A stretch of DNA of 41,851 bases from a virus (lineage: Duplodnaviria; Caudoviricetes): the IMG/VR virus record IMGVR_UViG_3300042807_000154, positions 1-41,851 of that record; one strand, written 5' to 3'. Both the position numbers and the translations under genes were made by a program. The notes below the pieces were generated by a model. The model made no database searches and was not told where the DNA came from. It saw only the letters and a program-made list of their open reading frames with translations. Numbering within the stretch: the first letter of the stretch is position 1; the number at the start of each line of letters is the position of its first letter. Below are positions 16,983 to 26,119 of the stretch, piece after piece.

Positions 16983-19033
16983 TGCTTCTTTAACTCGATA
17001 GTAATATAAGGATTGCCGTCTGCGCCTGTAACTGTATGTTCACCGGATATTTCAAATCTAGGTATCATCTTAGCGGCGCGGCGTGCAAGTGTTCTATATA
17101 GTTTCACTCTACTCTCATCATCTGCTTTACTAGCGATAATAACACCTGTCGGATCTTGATCAGCTACTTCTTTTTGTAGAATGTTTGCCACTGTACTGAA
17201 AACACGAACTGCATCACCAGTACCAGTTACTCCGGTTTCCGGCTTACCAGTTTTCATATCAGTTAAGTCAAAATGTATTTCTAGTTTGTTTTTTGTATCA
17301 CTGCGACGATTAAATACTTGTACGCGATATAACTGTCCGGCATCTGTTTGGAAACGATATGCACGTTTGTCTGGTGTCTTTACATTTTGAATATAATCAT
17401 ATGGGCTGTCAGCAACTTCACCAAGTTTACCAGTATGAATTTCAGGCTCTTCATGTGAGCCGCCAATATCTTTCCATGCAACACCTAATCTATCTAAGAT
17501 CTTTTTCATGCGTTCCATTTCTTCTGGCGAAGCAAATGTAATAGTCATATCAGATGGACCAACACCTAGCTCATGCTTGTCGTAGTTTGCTAAGTGTGTA
17601 TAGTGCTGACCTAGTTTATAAAAGTCCATATCATCGGACTTGTCAATAACTAGTGTATTTTGCGGTGATGTTAAGTATGAATGTTGATAGCCGGGTTCAT
17701 GTGGCTCAACCGGTGCTTTCTCGCCCATGTGTTTAAAATATTGTACTTGACGCTCACGCTTTTCTGCACCAGCTTTGCTAGGATATGTACCTAAGTTCTT
17801 GCCTTTTTTGCTGAGTAATCTATAACCGCCATCAACTTTGCGAATAGTTTCTTCAACACCAGGACCTAGATATTTGTCTAGCGTTGCTTTAACATCTTCA
17901 ATGTTACCTACATGCCCTTTGTATTGAACACCAATACCATTTTTTTCTTTCCAACTGTTTAGATACTTAGGATAATCATCAATTAAAATATTAGGTGTAC
18001 CATCAGGCTGTGTAGCAAACTGTGCTTTATCGCCAGTGAAATGCATACCTTTAGGTTGAATGTTTAAGTATTTCTTTACCCACGCTGCCTTGTGTTTAGC
18101 ACTGCCTTCTCGATCATATTTCAGTGGTGAACTTAGAATATACCAATCACCGTTGGTCATTTTGTTAACCATTGCAATAAGTTGGTCTGCTTGTTCGTAT
18201 TTAGGTAATCTATAAAAGAAATCTGTACCTTTAAAAGATGCCATTGTATCTTCAATGTCTTGTAGCGCCATAGCACGTGGCTCGGCATGTCCAGTTACCC
18301 TAGTAACACCTGCATAGAAGTTAGCCAGTACGCCGTCCATATCTACATAAACTTTTGGCTTGCTCTGTACATCTTCTTGTGCTACAGTTTTTTGTAACTG
18401 CGCTTTGCTGATCCAATCTCTAGCTTGAGCTGTAACTGGTGCGTCAATAAACTTTTCTATACGCTTTAGAGGCTCGTTGAAGTTTGGATTGTCGTCATTG
18501 TTAATTTCTACATAATTAGGAGCAAACACATTAGCTAATTGTACTTTATTTGCTTGCACTAATTTATGAGATTGTGTCACAATGTCAGCAGGCACCTTTC
18601 TAGGGCGCATCAAGTTACGTTGTAATGCTGTGCGTAAACTTGTGTTCACAAAAACCATCATCGTTTGATAGCCAATAGCTTCGAGCTCTGTTTTTAGTTT
18701 AGCCATCTTACCTGGATCTTTAGCTGTACCATCAATGATTAATCCCAGGCGACTATCTAGATACATATCTTGCTTTTTAGACGTAAGTTCTTTAGCACGA
18801 CTACGAGCAACATCGCGTTCTGGTTGTTCTTCAGGCGGCATTTCAAAACTTAAATCACGCTTACGCATTAAGTATTCAAACGCATCATCACTGTTTAAGA
18901 CTTTAAGGCCACGTGATTGTAAACCTAATTCCTGGGTTACATAACTTTTGCCGCTACCTGGGCCACCAGCTAAAAAGATAGCTTTAAAAATTCCGGGGTC
19001 GTTAGGACCTTCTTGTAAATCTACAAATCTCAT
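16979..19033 (-). CDS. Polyprotein: P-loop kinase (zeta/AAA_33-like), HAD 5'(3')-nucleotidase-like domain and additional modules
   Basis: GGPGSGKS and IIDGT; YVDMDGVLANF, ILSSP, LIDD; junctions AQE|D, VEE|T, LGE|V. Confidence 0.8.
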   Translation of the reverse strand: MRFVDLQEGPNDPGIFKAIFLAGGPGSGKSYVTQELGLQSRGLKVLNSDDAFEYLMRKRDLSFEMPPEEQPERDVARSRAKELTSKKQDMYLDSRLGLIIDGTAKDPGKMAKLKTELEAIGYQTMMVFVNTSLRTALQRNLMRPRKVPADIVTQSHKLVQANKVQLANVFAPNYVEINNDDNPNFNEPLKRIEKFIDAPVTAQARDWISKAQLQKTVAQEDVQSKPKVYVDMDGVLANFYAGVTRVTGHAEPRAMALQDIEDTMASFKGTDFFYRLPKYEQADQLIAMVNKMTNGDWYILSSPLKYDREGSAKHKAAWVKKYLNIQPKGMHFTGDKAQFATQPDGTPNILIDDYPKYLNSWKEKNGIGVQYKGHVGNIEDVKATLDKYLGPGVEETIRKVDGGYRLLSKKGKNLGTYPSKAGAEKRERQVQYFKHMGEKAPVEPHEPGYQHSYLTSPQNTLVIDKSDDMDFYKLGQHYTHLANYDKHELGVGPSDMTITFASPEEMERMKKILDRLGVAWKDIGGSHEEPEIHTGKLGEVADSPYDYIQNVKTPDKRAYRFQTDAGQLYRVQVFNRRSDTKNKLEIHFDLTDMKTGKPETGVTGTGDAVRVFSTVANILQKEVADQDPTGVIIASKADDESRVKLYRTLARRAAKMIPRFEISGEHTVTGADGNPYITIELKKQ

Positions 19034-19599
19034 TATGTTAACCTTGCGTTAATTACTTCCCAATTGATAATACGCCAAATATTATCAAGGTATTTAGCTT
19101 TGTCGTGTTCGTAGTCTAATGCCCAAGCATGTTCCCACCAGTCAACTAGTAATGCAATATCATTTTTAATTTCATGGTTGACGATAGTTTTAATCTCGCC
19201 CTTCTTGCTGAGATAAACCCAGCCGCTACCTTGTATTCCCATTGCGACTTCTTTAAACTTGTCTTTGAAGTTTTCAAAACTCTCGAAGTGAGCCATAATA
19301 AGACTTGAGGATATACCATGCGGTCTACTACCGCTTACCGGTTTCTTAAATTGCGGAAACAGTACATTATGCAGAAAGGCGCCAGCTTCGTTAAAGTCTG
19401 GGTCGCCTTCGCTAGCATTAAAACGTTCTACATAACCTTTATGAAGTTTGTTATAGTGGTACTTCATAGCATCTTCACTTAGAACAGGTTCTAGATCATC
19501 TAGCTCGTAAGATAACCTCTCACGAACTATCCAAGGTCTGTTACCAATGCTTAGTATTGAGGCTGGCTTTGCGCTTTCGTCTAACTGCTCTAGTCTCAT
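19033..19599 (-). CDS. Fe/Mn superoxide dismutase
   Basis: LEPVLS..AMKYHYNKLHKGYV, LHNVLF, GSGWVYL, DWWEHAWALDY. Metal specificity not determinable by eye. Confidence 0.92.
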   Translation of the reverse strand: MRLEQLDESAKPASILSIGNRPWIVRERLSYELDDLEPVLSEDAMKYHYNKLHKGYVERFNASEGDPDFNEAGAFLHNVLFPQFKKPVSGSRPHGISSSLIMAHFESFENFKDKFKEVAMGIQGSGWVYLSKKGEIKTIVNHEIKNDIALLVDWWEHAWALDYEHDKAKYLDNIWRIINWEVINARLT

Positions 19600-19600
19600 A

Positions 19601-22600
19601 TTATCCTGCTTTTGCCTTATTAAGCGTTAACTGCGCCCACTGTTCTCGGCCAGCGCCCGCTTGTGTTGGTACAATACTAATGCTGGTTGCGTTAGCATGG
19701 CCACTATTTCTAAATGCAACTAAATCTTCTGCGCTGCGAATCATTGCTGTTTTACGATTTGGTACATGCATTAGTAGCAGTGCATCAAAATCATCGCGAT
19801 CCTTGTACCATGCAAAGTTCTGCTTTAGATATTCTGTTTCAATTTCGTCAAAGTTCATACTAGTAGCAAATTTATTAACTACTGGGCCGGCAAACTTTTC
19901 CAGATCCATTGTTAACAGCTCTGTCATGAGTGCTTTACGAACTTTAACATTGTTTGGTTTATTTGTAGGTAGGTCAGTGTTTAGGGCATCAATAAATGGA
20001 CGAATACTGATACTGCCACCTGTGCCTGCACTTAATCTTTCCATTACAGTAGGAATATATTTTGCATATTTGTTAATAACAGCACGTTTAGCCTTTTGTG
20101 AGCCGCCGCCATAGCCAATACGGCCTCCGCTGCTACTTAGTGCTGCCTTAAGTTCTACTTTACCGATACCAGCCATCTGTAAATCGCCTTCACCTTCAGC
20201 TAGTTTAATTTTATTACTTAAACAAGCTAGTGCATATTCACCAGGACCTTTTTGTTTCTTACCAACACCATAGTTAGCAAGTGTAATAAATGCTGCGGTA
20301 GCAACATTATCTCCAAAAACATTTTCAAAAGTATTTAGAGACTTTGAAAGTTCTTTGACATTAACTACTCCGCCAGCGGTTTCAAGTCTAGCTAGGAATT
20401 TCTTCATTGAGCCATAGTCTTGCTCTAAACCAGCAATGATTCTTGTCATGTCTTTGCGGACTTTTGCTTTTTCGGCTTCTGGAAGATTTTCATCTACTAG
20501 AGGTTTAGTAAATGCAACATCAATATTTGTAGAAATTTGTCCGCTGTTTAAAATCTTATAAATGCGATCAAGAACTTCTGCTTGCTGCTTATCTTTTGCA
20601 TCTAATCCACTAACTGTTTTAATGATTACTGCTTTTTCTTTACCTAAGTCGTCGTACTCGTTAACTATGCTTTCATTTACGTTTACTTGCTTTTGAACAT
20701 CTGGGTGTAACGAATTGTTAATGAAGCCTTTTACAACTGGACGTAGATCAACATTGTCTCCTGCCATAGCACGTTGCTTGCGAAATTCATTAACCATTAG
20801 AGGATCAGGAATAGCAAAGAATGCTTCCATTTGAGCGCCAATATCGCTAGCAAGTAAAGGCTCAGACATTATCTTGTTTAGTATTCTGATCTTACGATTG
20901 TCAGGTACTGCACCTTCTTTCACTTTACGCTTTTGCTTAGGACCTTGGCGAGTTTTCCACTTCTTGTCAGTACTGCAATAGTAACGACCGTAATCTTCCT
21001 CTACGCTTTCCTTTTTACTGTTACCCCAATTCTTAGCGCCTTTCTTTCGGCACTGAACCAGCGCACCACTTGCATAAGCACTAGGCCATACTTTATAGCG
21101 TCTCTTTACTTTGTGATAACAAGCATCTTGCTTTTCATTCAACTGCGACTCGTGAACAATAGGGCCGCGGCACTGCGGGCATTCATTGAATGGTACGTTA
21201 GTATCTTCATTCTTTCTTGAATTGTTAGATGAAAGATAGCGATTTAATTCTCCAGGACTAGTGGGTAAGAATTTTGCGGTAGATTCTTTATACTCATCCA
21301 TACCGCCATTCCCATGTAGTTTAACTGAGATATATGTACTAGGATAAGTATTACCCAATAGGCCACCACCTACGTTGGGTGTGAAAGTAGAAATTTTTCT
21401 TCCTGATGGATGATGCCACTCTGCTCGTATCACAGAATTATCGTGATCACCTTGCATATTGTCATTGTATAACTCAAAACCATGTTTTTTTAGTACACGA
21501 TTAATACGTGACACTTGCATAAATGATTCGTTGAGCCCTTCTTTCTTGGTAGCAACATTTTTTGCTGCACCTTTACGCTCTGGATTAGGATCTTCTCTAC
21601 GCTTACGAGCTGCCGCACTTGCACGGCCCTTTTTACCTAAACTATGTGCTTTACTTTGCGGCAAACACTTCGGCTTACCTTCACTGTCATCGCCCCTAGC
21701 ACAGTCGCCACGAATTTTACCATCTGGACCAAAACGTACCCATTTATCGTTAAACCATTGACGCAAATTTTCTTCAACAGGTTCGCAGTCACACTTGCCG
21801 GGTTCGCAGGTACAACTAGTTGATCCACATTGTGGACATGCCTTAGCTTCGTCTATATCTTCATTGTTTTTCTTTTTGCCAGCACAGTGTGCTTTCTGAC
21901 TGAAGCCTTTAGGTTCCGAACAATTGATGCTGTCCTTGTACTTCTTGCTCCATGCTTCTGTTAGTTTTGCGCCATCAACTTTTTCTAGAATACGTAACTG
22001 TTCTTCTAGGCTTAGTTGTTCAAAGCGTTCAAATACACTTTCTTGCATAAATTTAATTCCTGTTCTTGCAGTAATATTTTTTAATTCTTGGCGACTCATT
22101 CTTGTAGTATCCCAACGGTCAACACCAAATTTAGCTTTGAATGCATCATTAGTTTCTTGTTCTGGTTTAGATACAATCATAAACATTTCCGGTGTTGCTG
22201 TGCCTTGTTGTATTTGTGCATAATCTGCATCTTTTACATAAATTACATCGCCGGCTTTATATTTTACTACAGACTTAGGTTGTTCTGGTTGTACCCCTAA
22301 GTTTGTTTTAAGCATAGCACTTAGTCCAGTTGACAGTGCGTTCTGTAATTCATACTTGTCTAAGCCAAGTTCGTGTGCATGATTTAGAACCATATGATTA
22401 CTTAATATTGATTGCCACAATGTGCCTGTTGACAACCCTAGCTCTTTAACACCTTTTCTAATAGCAGCAATGCCTGTAGCTTTAGGAGGACGTGATTTGT
22501 TCATACCAATATCTATGGCACTTATTGCTAACGCCATTAAAATATTTTCTTTACCTGATTCGTAGTAACGTGACGGATCTTCACCTTCCTCATTTACTGA

Positions 22601-24688
22601 TTCTGTTGGTGTAAATAAATCACCTTGAGCTTGTTGACTCTGTAACTGTTTAGCTTTAGAGATTAGTTCTAAACCTCTAACCAAGTAATCTGTTACACTG
22701 CTAACATTGTTCTTAGCAGCCGAAGTCTGTAACGCTAACAGCATCGGGTTCTTACCAGCGTCACCGTATGCAATATTCATACTTTTGATCTTTTCAGGAT
22801 CTGGCGTAGCTGCTTCTTTACCAATTAATCTGTACAATGCTAAGATATAATCCTTGCGGAAAGCTTCAGGATCATGTCCTGCTTGCATAATAGCGGCATA
22901 TCTCACAACAGACTTAACAATGTCTGTTGTTTTCATATGATAATCGTCACCGCCTGCAATACGGAATTCAATTAAGTTATTCCCTGCCTTGTTAGTAGCA
23001 TCCTTAAAGTTAATACTGCTAAACTTGTTATCGCTTACTTTAGAACTTAATATTTCTTCTACTGCTGATAGCGTTTTCAAGTTGGCAGGATTTTTCATTA
23101 GATCACTAATGCCCTTGGCTACGTTATCTAGCTGACTTTTTGTATAAGTGTTATTTTCTCTGTCAAATAATCCTAGTAGATATTTGTCACCTAGCAGTAC
23201 AGCCATCTTTAATTTGTTAACAGGAGTTGTTTCACCATTCCAACTCATAGTAACGTGTAAGCCGGTTGAACTATTTGTTTCAACGTCATTCTTAGCAAAG
23301 AAATCAAACAAGCTGTTCATCTCTTTAAGCATCTGTTCTGGTGTTTCATATACCGGACTGATAATTTCTGCTGCGGCACCATCAGCTTCGATACTACTGT
23401 CTTCTTCTACACGCCAGTAATCATTGTCAACACTTTTACCGCTGTGATATTCGCCTGCTTGTACGCTAGAGGACATGCTGTTACCTTCTGCCCAAGGTTC
23501 TAACTCTGACGCTACTGCTTCAACGCCACCGCTGCCCCCGTTTGGATTTGTTATAAACACATCTTGATCACGTAGTAAGCTATACCAGTCACCATACTCT
23601 TTTCTCATCCAGTCGTCAATATCTACTTCACTAGTGACACGCTCCCATGTGTCGTCGTGTGCTTCACCGTTATCACGGATTTGATCTGCTAGCCATTCTT
23701 CAAACGAATCTTCATATTTTTCTTTGATTAATTTTTCAGCCCACTCATCTTCGCCCCAGCCATCATATTCTTCTTTTTCTTCTTTGCTGAGATCCTCGAG
23801 TGTTTCGTTTTTGTAATCTTCTACTTCATCTGCACCTAGTTCTTGATATGCATAGTCAGTTATGAATGACATGTCGTTCATGCGGTCACTGATTAAGTCA
23901 TTCATAACTTCACGTTCAGTGTCGTAATAGAAATCGCTTTCCATTAGCCATTCATTGAATGATTGTTCGATAGTACTTACAGATCTTGAACCTTCCTGAT
24001 CATAAATTATATCTGCTACATCACTCCAACGCATTCCTTCTAAGAAATCATCATCGGATCCGGAATCTGTGTCTAAACTGGGCCATGTTGTTTCGGCCTC
24101 AAATCCGCAACTAATAGGAGCAAGCAATGCGCTCCTAGCTAGCTTAGGATCATTAAAGTTAATTTCAAAAACGATTTCACGCTGTTCATTAAACTTACTG
24201 TTGCGTAATATCTTTTTAATAGAACGAACTTTTTTACTTTTAATTTTTAATTTAGAAAGTAGTTTAGTAGCTTTGCTTTCTTCAGTATATTCTGGATTAT
24301 CAATGAATACTTTTTGATTTTTATCAAGTACTTGATATTGCTTTTGTCCGGGCTTGCCAGTATCAACGACTAGCGCATCTGCCTTAGGTTTATCACCTAC
24401 TCGACTGACAACTTTACCCATTGGTTGGTCTTTGATATTTTTGACAATAGCATCAGCAGGAACATCACTTGCTCTAACTGCTAAAATTTTTGGTTGCTCT
24501 TTTTTTGCTGTTCCGGCTGTAGCAGGACTTTGCGCTGCTTTATCTGTTGTAGGACTAGGTGACTTTTTAGTGCTAGGGCTTGAAGTTGGCGCCATTACAC
24601 TTTTGTTAGAACCATAGGTAGATGGACCGCTATCCATACCGTATTCTTTTATCAACGATTTAATGGTTCTTACGTCTTTGAATTTCAT
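19601..24688 (-). CDS. 1695-aa polyprotein: amidoligase (COOH-NH2 ligase type 2), array of small Cys/basic modules, C-terminal PD-(D/E)XK-like domain
   Basis: GFEAE, WRVEEDSSI, AEIISPV, NSSTGLHVTMS, IEFRIAGG; C-terminal GPGEYAL..GDL..KVELK. Confidence 0.75.
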   Translation of the reverse strand: MKFKDVRTIKSLIKEYGMDSGPSTYGSNKSVMAPTSSPSTKKSPSPTTDKAAQSPATAGTAKKEQPKILAVRASDVPADAIVKNIKDQPMGKVVSRVGDKPKADALVVDTGKPGQKQYQVLDKNQKVFIDNPEYTEESKATKLLSKLKIKSKKVRSIKKILRNSKFNEQREIVFEINFNDPKLARSALLAPISCGFEAETTWPSLDTDSGSDDDFLEGMRWSDVADIIYDQEGSRSVSTIEQSFNEWLMESDFYYDTEREVMNDLISDRMNDMSFITDYAYQELGADEVEDYKNETLEDLSKEEKEEYDGWGEDEWAEKLIKEKYEDSFEEWLADQIRDNGEAHDDTWERVTSEVDIDDWMRKEYGDWYSLLRDQDVFITNPNGGSGGVEAVASELEPWAEGNSMSSSVQAGEYHSGKSVDNDYWRVEEDSSIEADGAAAEIISPVYETPEQMLKEMNSLFDFFAKNDVETNSSTGLHVTMSWNGETTPVNKLKMAVLLGDKYLLGLFDRENNTYTKSQLDNVAKGISDLMKNPANLKTLSAVEEILSSKVSDNKFSSINFKDATNKAGNNLIEFRIAGGDDYHMKTTDIVKSVVRYAAIMQAGHDPEAFRKDYILALYRLIGKEAATPDPEKIKSMNIAYGDAGKNPMLLALQTSAAKNNVSSVTDYLVRGLELISKAKQLQSQQAQGDLFTPTESVNEEGEDPSRYYESGKENILMALAISAIDIGMNKSRPPKATGIAAIRKGVKELGLSTGTLWQSILSNHMVLNHAHELGLDKYELQNALSTGLSAMLKTNLGVQPEQPKSVVKYKAGDVIYVKDADYAQIQQGTATPEMFMIVSKPEQETNDAFKAKFGVDRWDTTRMSRQELKNITARTGIKFMQESVFERFEQLSLEEQLRILEKVDGAKLTEAWSKKYKDSINCSEPKGFSQKAHCAGKKKNNEDIDEAKACPQCGSTSCTCEPGKCDCEPVEENLRQWFNDKWVRFGPDGKIRGDCARGDDSEGKPKCLPQSKAHSLGKKGRASAAARKRREDPNPERKGAAKNVATKKEGLNESFMQVSRINRVLKKHGFELYNDNMQGDHDNSVIRAEWHHPSGRKISTFTPNVGGGLLGNTYPSTYISVKLHGNGGMDEYKESTAKFLPTSPGELNRYLSSNNSRKNEDTNVPFNECPQCRGPIVHESQLNEKQDACYHKVKRRYKVWPSAYASGALVQCRKKGAKNWGNSKKESVEEDYGRYYCSTDKKWKTRQGPKQKRKVKEGAVPDNRKIRILNKIMSEPLLASDIGAQMEAFFAIPDPLMVNEFRKQRAMAGDNVDLRPVVKGFINNSLHPDVQKQVNVNESIVNEYDDLGKEKAVIIKTVSGLDAKDKQQAEVLDRIYKILNSGQISTNIDVAFTKPLVDENLPEAEKAKVRKDMTRIIAGLEQDYGSMKKFLARLETAGGVVNVKELSKSLNTFENVFGDNVATAAFITLANYGVGKKQKGPGEYALACLSNKIKLAEGEGDLQMAGIGKVELKAALSSSGGRIGYGGGSQKAKRAVINKYAKYIPTVMERLSAGTGGSISIRPFIDALNTDLPTNKPNNVKVRKALMTELLTMDLEKFAGPVVNKFATSMNFDEIETEYLKQNFAWYKDRDDFDALLLMHVPNRKTAMIRSAEDLVAFRNSGHANATSISIVPTQAGAGREQWAQLTLNKAKAG

Positions 24689-24697
24689 CTTAGTCTC

Positions 24698-24970
24698 TTA
24701 CTTGTTTAGTTTTGCTACACGTTTGCTAGTGGGATTCATACGCTTAGTTCTACGAGCTTTAAGAGTTAATCTTTTGCCCATCTTTGCTTTAGTACGTTTT
24801 AACACTAAACGCTTTTTCATATCCAAAGGCGCACTGCATTGACCTGCGTTACTAACTACGCGACCTTTACGTCTGCCACCAGTACAGCGAACAGCACGTT
24901 TAATAGTATTACCCGTTTTACGCCAAACCATTCTAGCTTCAGTGACAGTTTCAATCTCTTCAATTAACAT
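24698..24970 (-). CDS. Small highly basic protein with acidic leader
   Basis: MLIEEIETVTE| followed by a K/R-rich body with a single acidic residue and two Cys. Confidence 0.75.
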   Translation of the reverse strand: MLIEEIETVTEARMVWRKTGNTIKRAVRCTGGRRKGRVVSNAGQCSAPLDMKKRLVLKRTKAKMGKRLTLKARRTKRMNPTSKRVAKLNK

Positions 24971-25212
24971 TATTTTCCTATCATATTAATGATAATTGCT
25001 GTAACAACACTTAACAATGTGGTTACAGTAATACCCACAATACCTATAATCCAATTTTCTAACTTGTTAAGTCTTTCTTTAGTGTCGCTTTTAAACTCAT
25101 GGAGTTCAGTAGTAATGTTTTCAATACGCAACATATCAGCAATAATATGTGCTTCTAGATTACCCGATTCTAAGTACACTTTTGGCTTTTCTTTTGTTTC
25201 TTTGTCTGCCAT
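24970..25212 (-). CDS. Coiled-coil protein with C-terminal TM helix (holin/XhlA-like topology)
   Basis: RIENITTEL..RLNKLENWIIGIVGITVTTLLSVVTAIII. Confidence 0.55.
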   Translation of the reverse strand: MADKETKEKPKVYLESGNLEAHIIADMLRIENITTELHEFKSDTKERLNKLENWIIGIVGITVTTLLSVVTAIIINMIGK

Positions 25213-25619
25213 TATAGTAGATCCTGTTTAGTAAATTCCATGTTTACTGTGTTCTTAGTGTCAATCGTTCCACCGTTTAACACAATACCATGTAGTTCGT
25301 CAGTTAAGGTCTGTATGCTGTGTACTGCTGCTCGTTCAAAAGCAAACTTATAAATCCATCCTGCACCAGTTAATGTTGGTGCACCATAATTTTCAAGAAC
25401 GTTTGATCCTGTGCCATCAAGCTCTACCGGTTCATTCATCATAATTGGCATAGCTCTTAAACCAATTACCTGAACAACACTTTCAAAGTCTTTTTGACTA
25501 GCATCGCTAAAATCGCCTGTTCTCGTAATGTCAATTGTAGTGTATAATGTGTAAAACTCTATGTTACCGGTAACAACTTCTGCGCTACCCATCACACCGC
25601 TTCTATTTGCAATCGCCAT
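25212..25619 (-). CDS. Putative virion structural protein
   Basis: Own late box (25641-25648) and AGGAG RBS. Confidence 0.6.
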   Translation of the reverse strand: MAIANRSGVMGSAEVVTGNIEFYTLYTTIDITRTGDFSDASQKDFESVVQVIGLRAMPIMMNEPVELDGTGSNVLENYGAPTLTGAGWIYKFAFERAAVHSIQTLTDELHGIVLNGGTIDTKNTVNMEFTKQDLL

Positions 25620-25640
25620 GTGTGTCTCCTGTCTTTATAC

Positions 25641-25648
25641 TATTTATC
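25641..25648 (-). promoter_or_regulatory. Late box GATAAATA
   Basis: Intergenic, just downstream of a terminator; heads the run of genes from 25619 down to about 15965. Confidence 0.7.
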
Positions 25649-25683
25649 TAAACTCAAGTTTTACAGTTTGATAAAATGTAGCC

Positions 25684-25715
25684 AAAAAAAAGCCCCCGAC
25701 TAGCGAGGGCTTTTT
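25684..25715 (-). terminator. Intrinsic terminator after the 108-aa gene
   Basis: GCCCTCG-CTAGT-CGGGGGC-T8 on the - strand, preceded by an A tract. Confidence 0.85.
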
Positions 25716-25733
25716 CATAAGTTTTATAACTTA

Positions 25734-26060
25734 TTAAGCTACAGTGATTGAACCTGAAGCTACTGTTAGGTTAGCATAACCTGTTGCGCTACGGATTGCT
25801 GTCTGTAGTGAGCCAGCTGTAATGCCTGGTACTTCTGTAGCAACATACATTACGCGAGCGTTGCCGCTCTCAATAACTACTGGGTTAGCAACTGTTGCAA
25901 AAGCATTTAGTACTTTCTCACCTGGATCAGCTGAACCAGCTGTGAAACCAAAGTTAGCAATATTTGCCGAACCATCTACTTCGTCAATAGCAAACCATGT
26001 TAGTGCGCCAGTTAAAAACTGACCTTCTGCGGCTGAGCCGTTTACTCGTGTTTGAGCCAT
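25734..26060 (-). CDS. Probable abundant small virion protein (head decoration-like)
   Basis: MAQTRVNGS.., A/G/T/V-rich, own late box, AGGAG RBS and own terminator. Confidence 0.6.
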   Translation of the reverse strand: MAQTRVNGSAAEGQFLTGALTWFAIDEVDGSANIANFGFTAGSADPGEKVLNAFATVANPVVIESGNARVMYVATEVPGITAGSLQTAIRSATGYANLTVASGSITVA

Positions 26061-26081
26061 CTTGTTCTCCTAATAATTTTT

Positions 26082-26113
26082 TAACTGCTTACGCAGCTAT
26101 AACTTTATTTATC
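26082..26113 (-). promoter_or_regulatory. Late box plus 5' GNRA hairpin
   Basis: GATAAATA at 26106-26113, then TAGCTGC-GTAA-GCAGTTA (26082-26099). Confidence 0.7.
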
Positions 26114-26119
26114 AAATTT

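Noticed and set aside
18400-19033. Epsilon/zeta toxin-antitoxin pair
   Set aside because: No antitoxin-like neighbour; the kinase is one module of a polyprotein.
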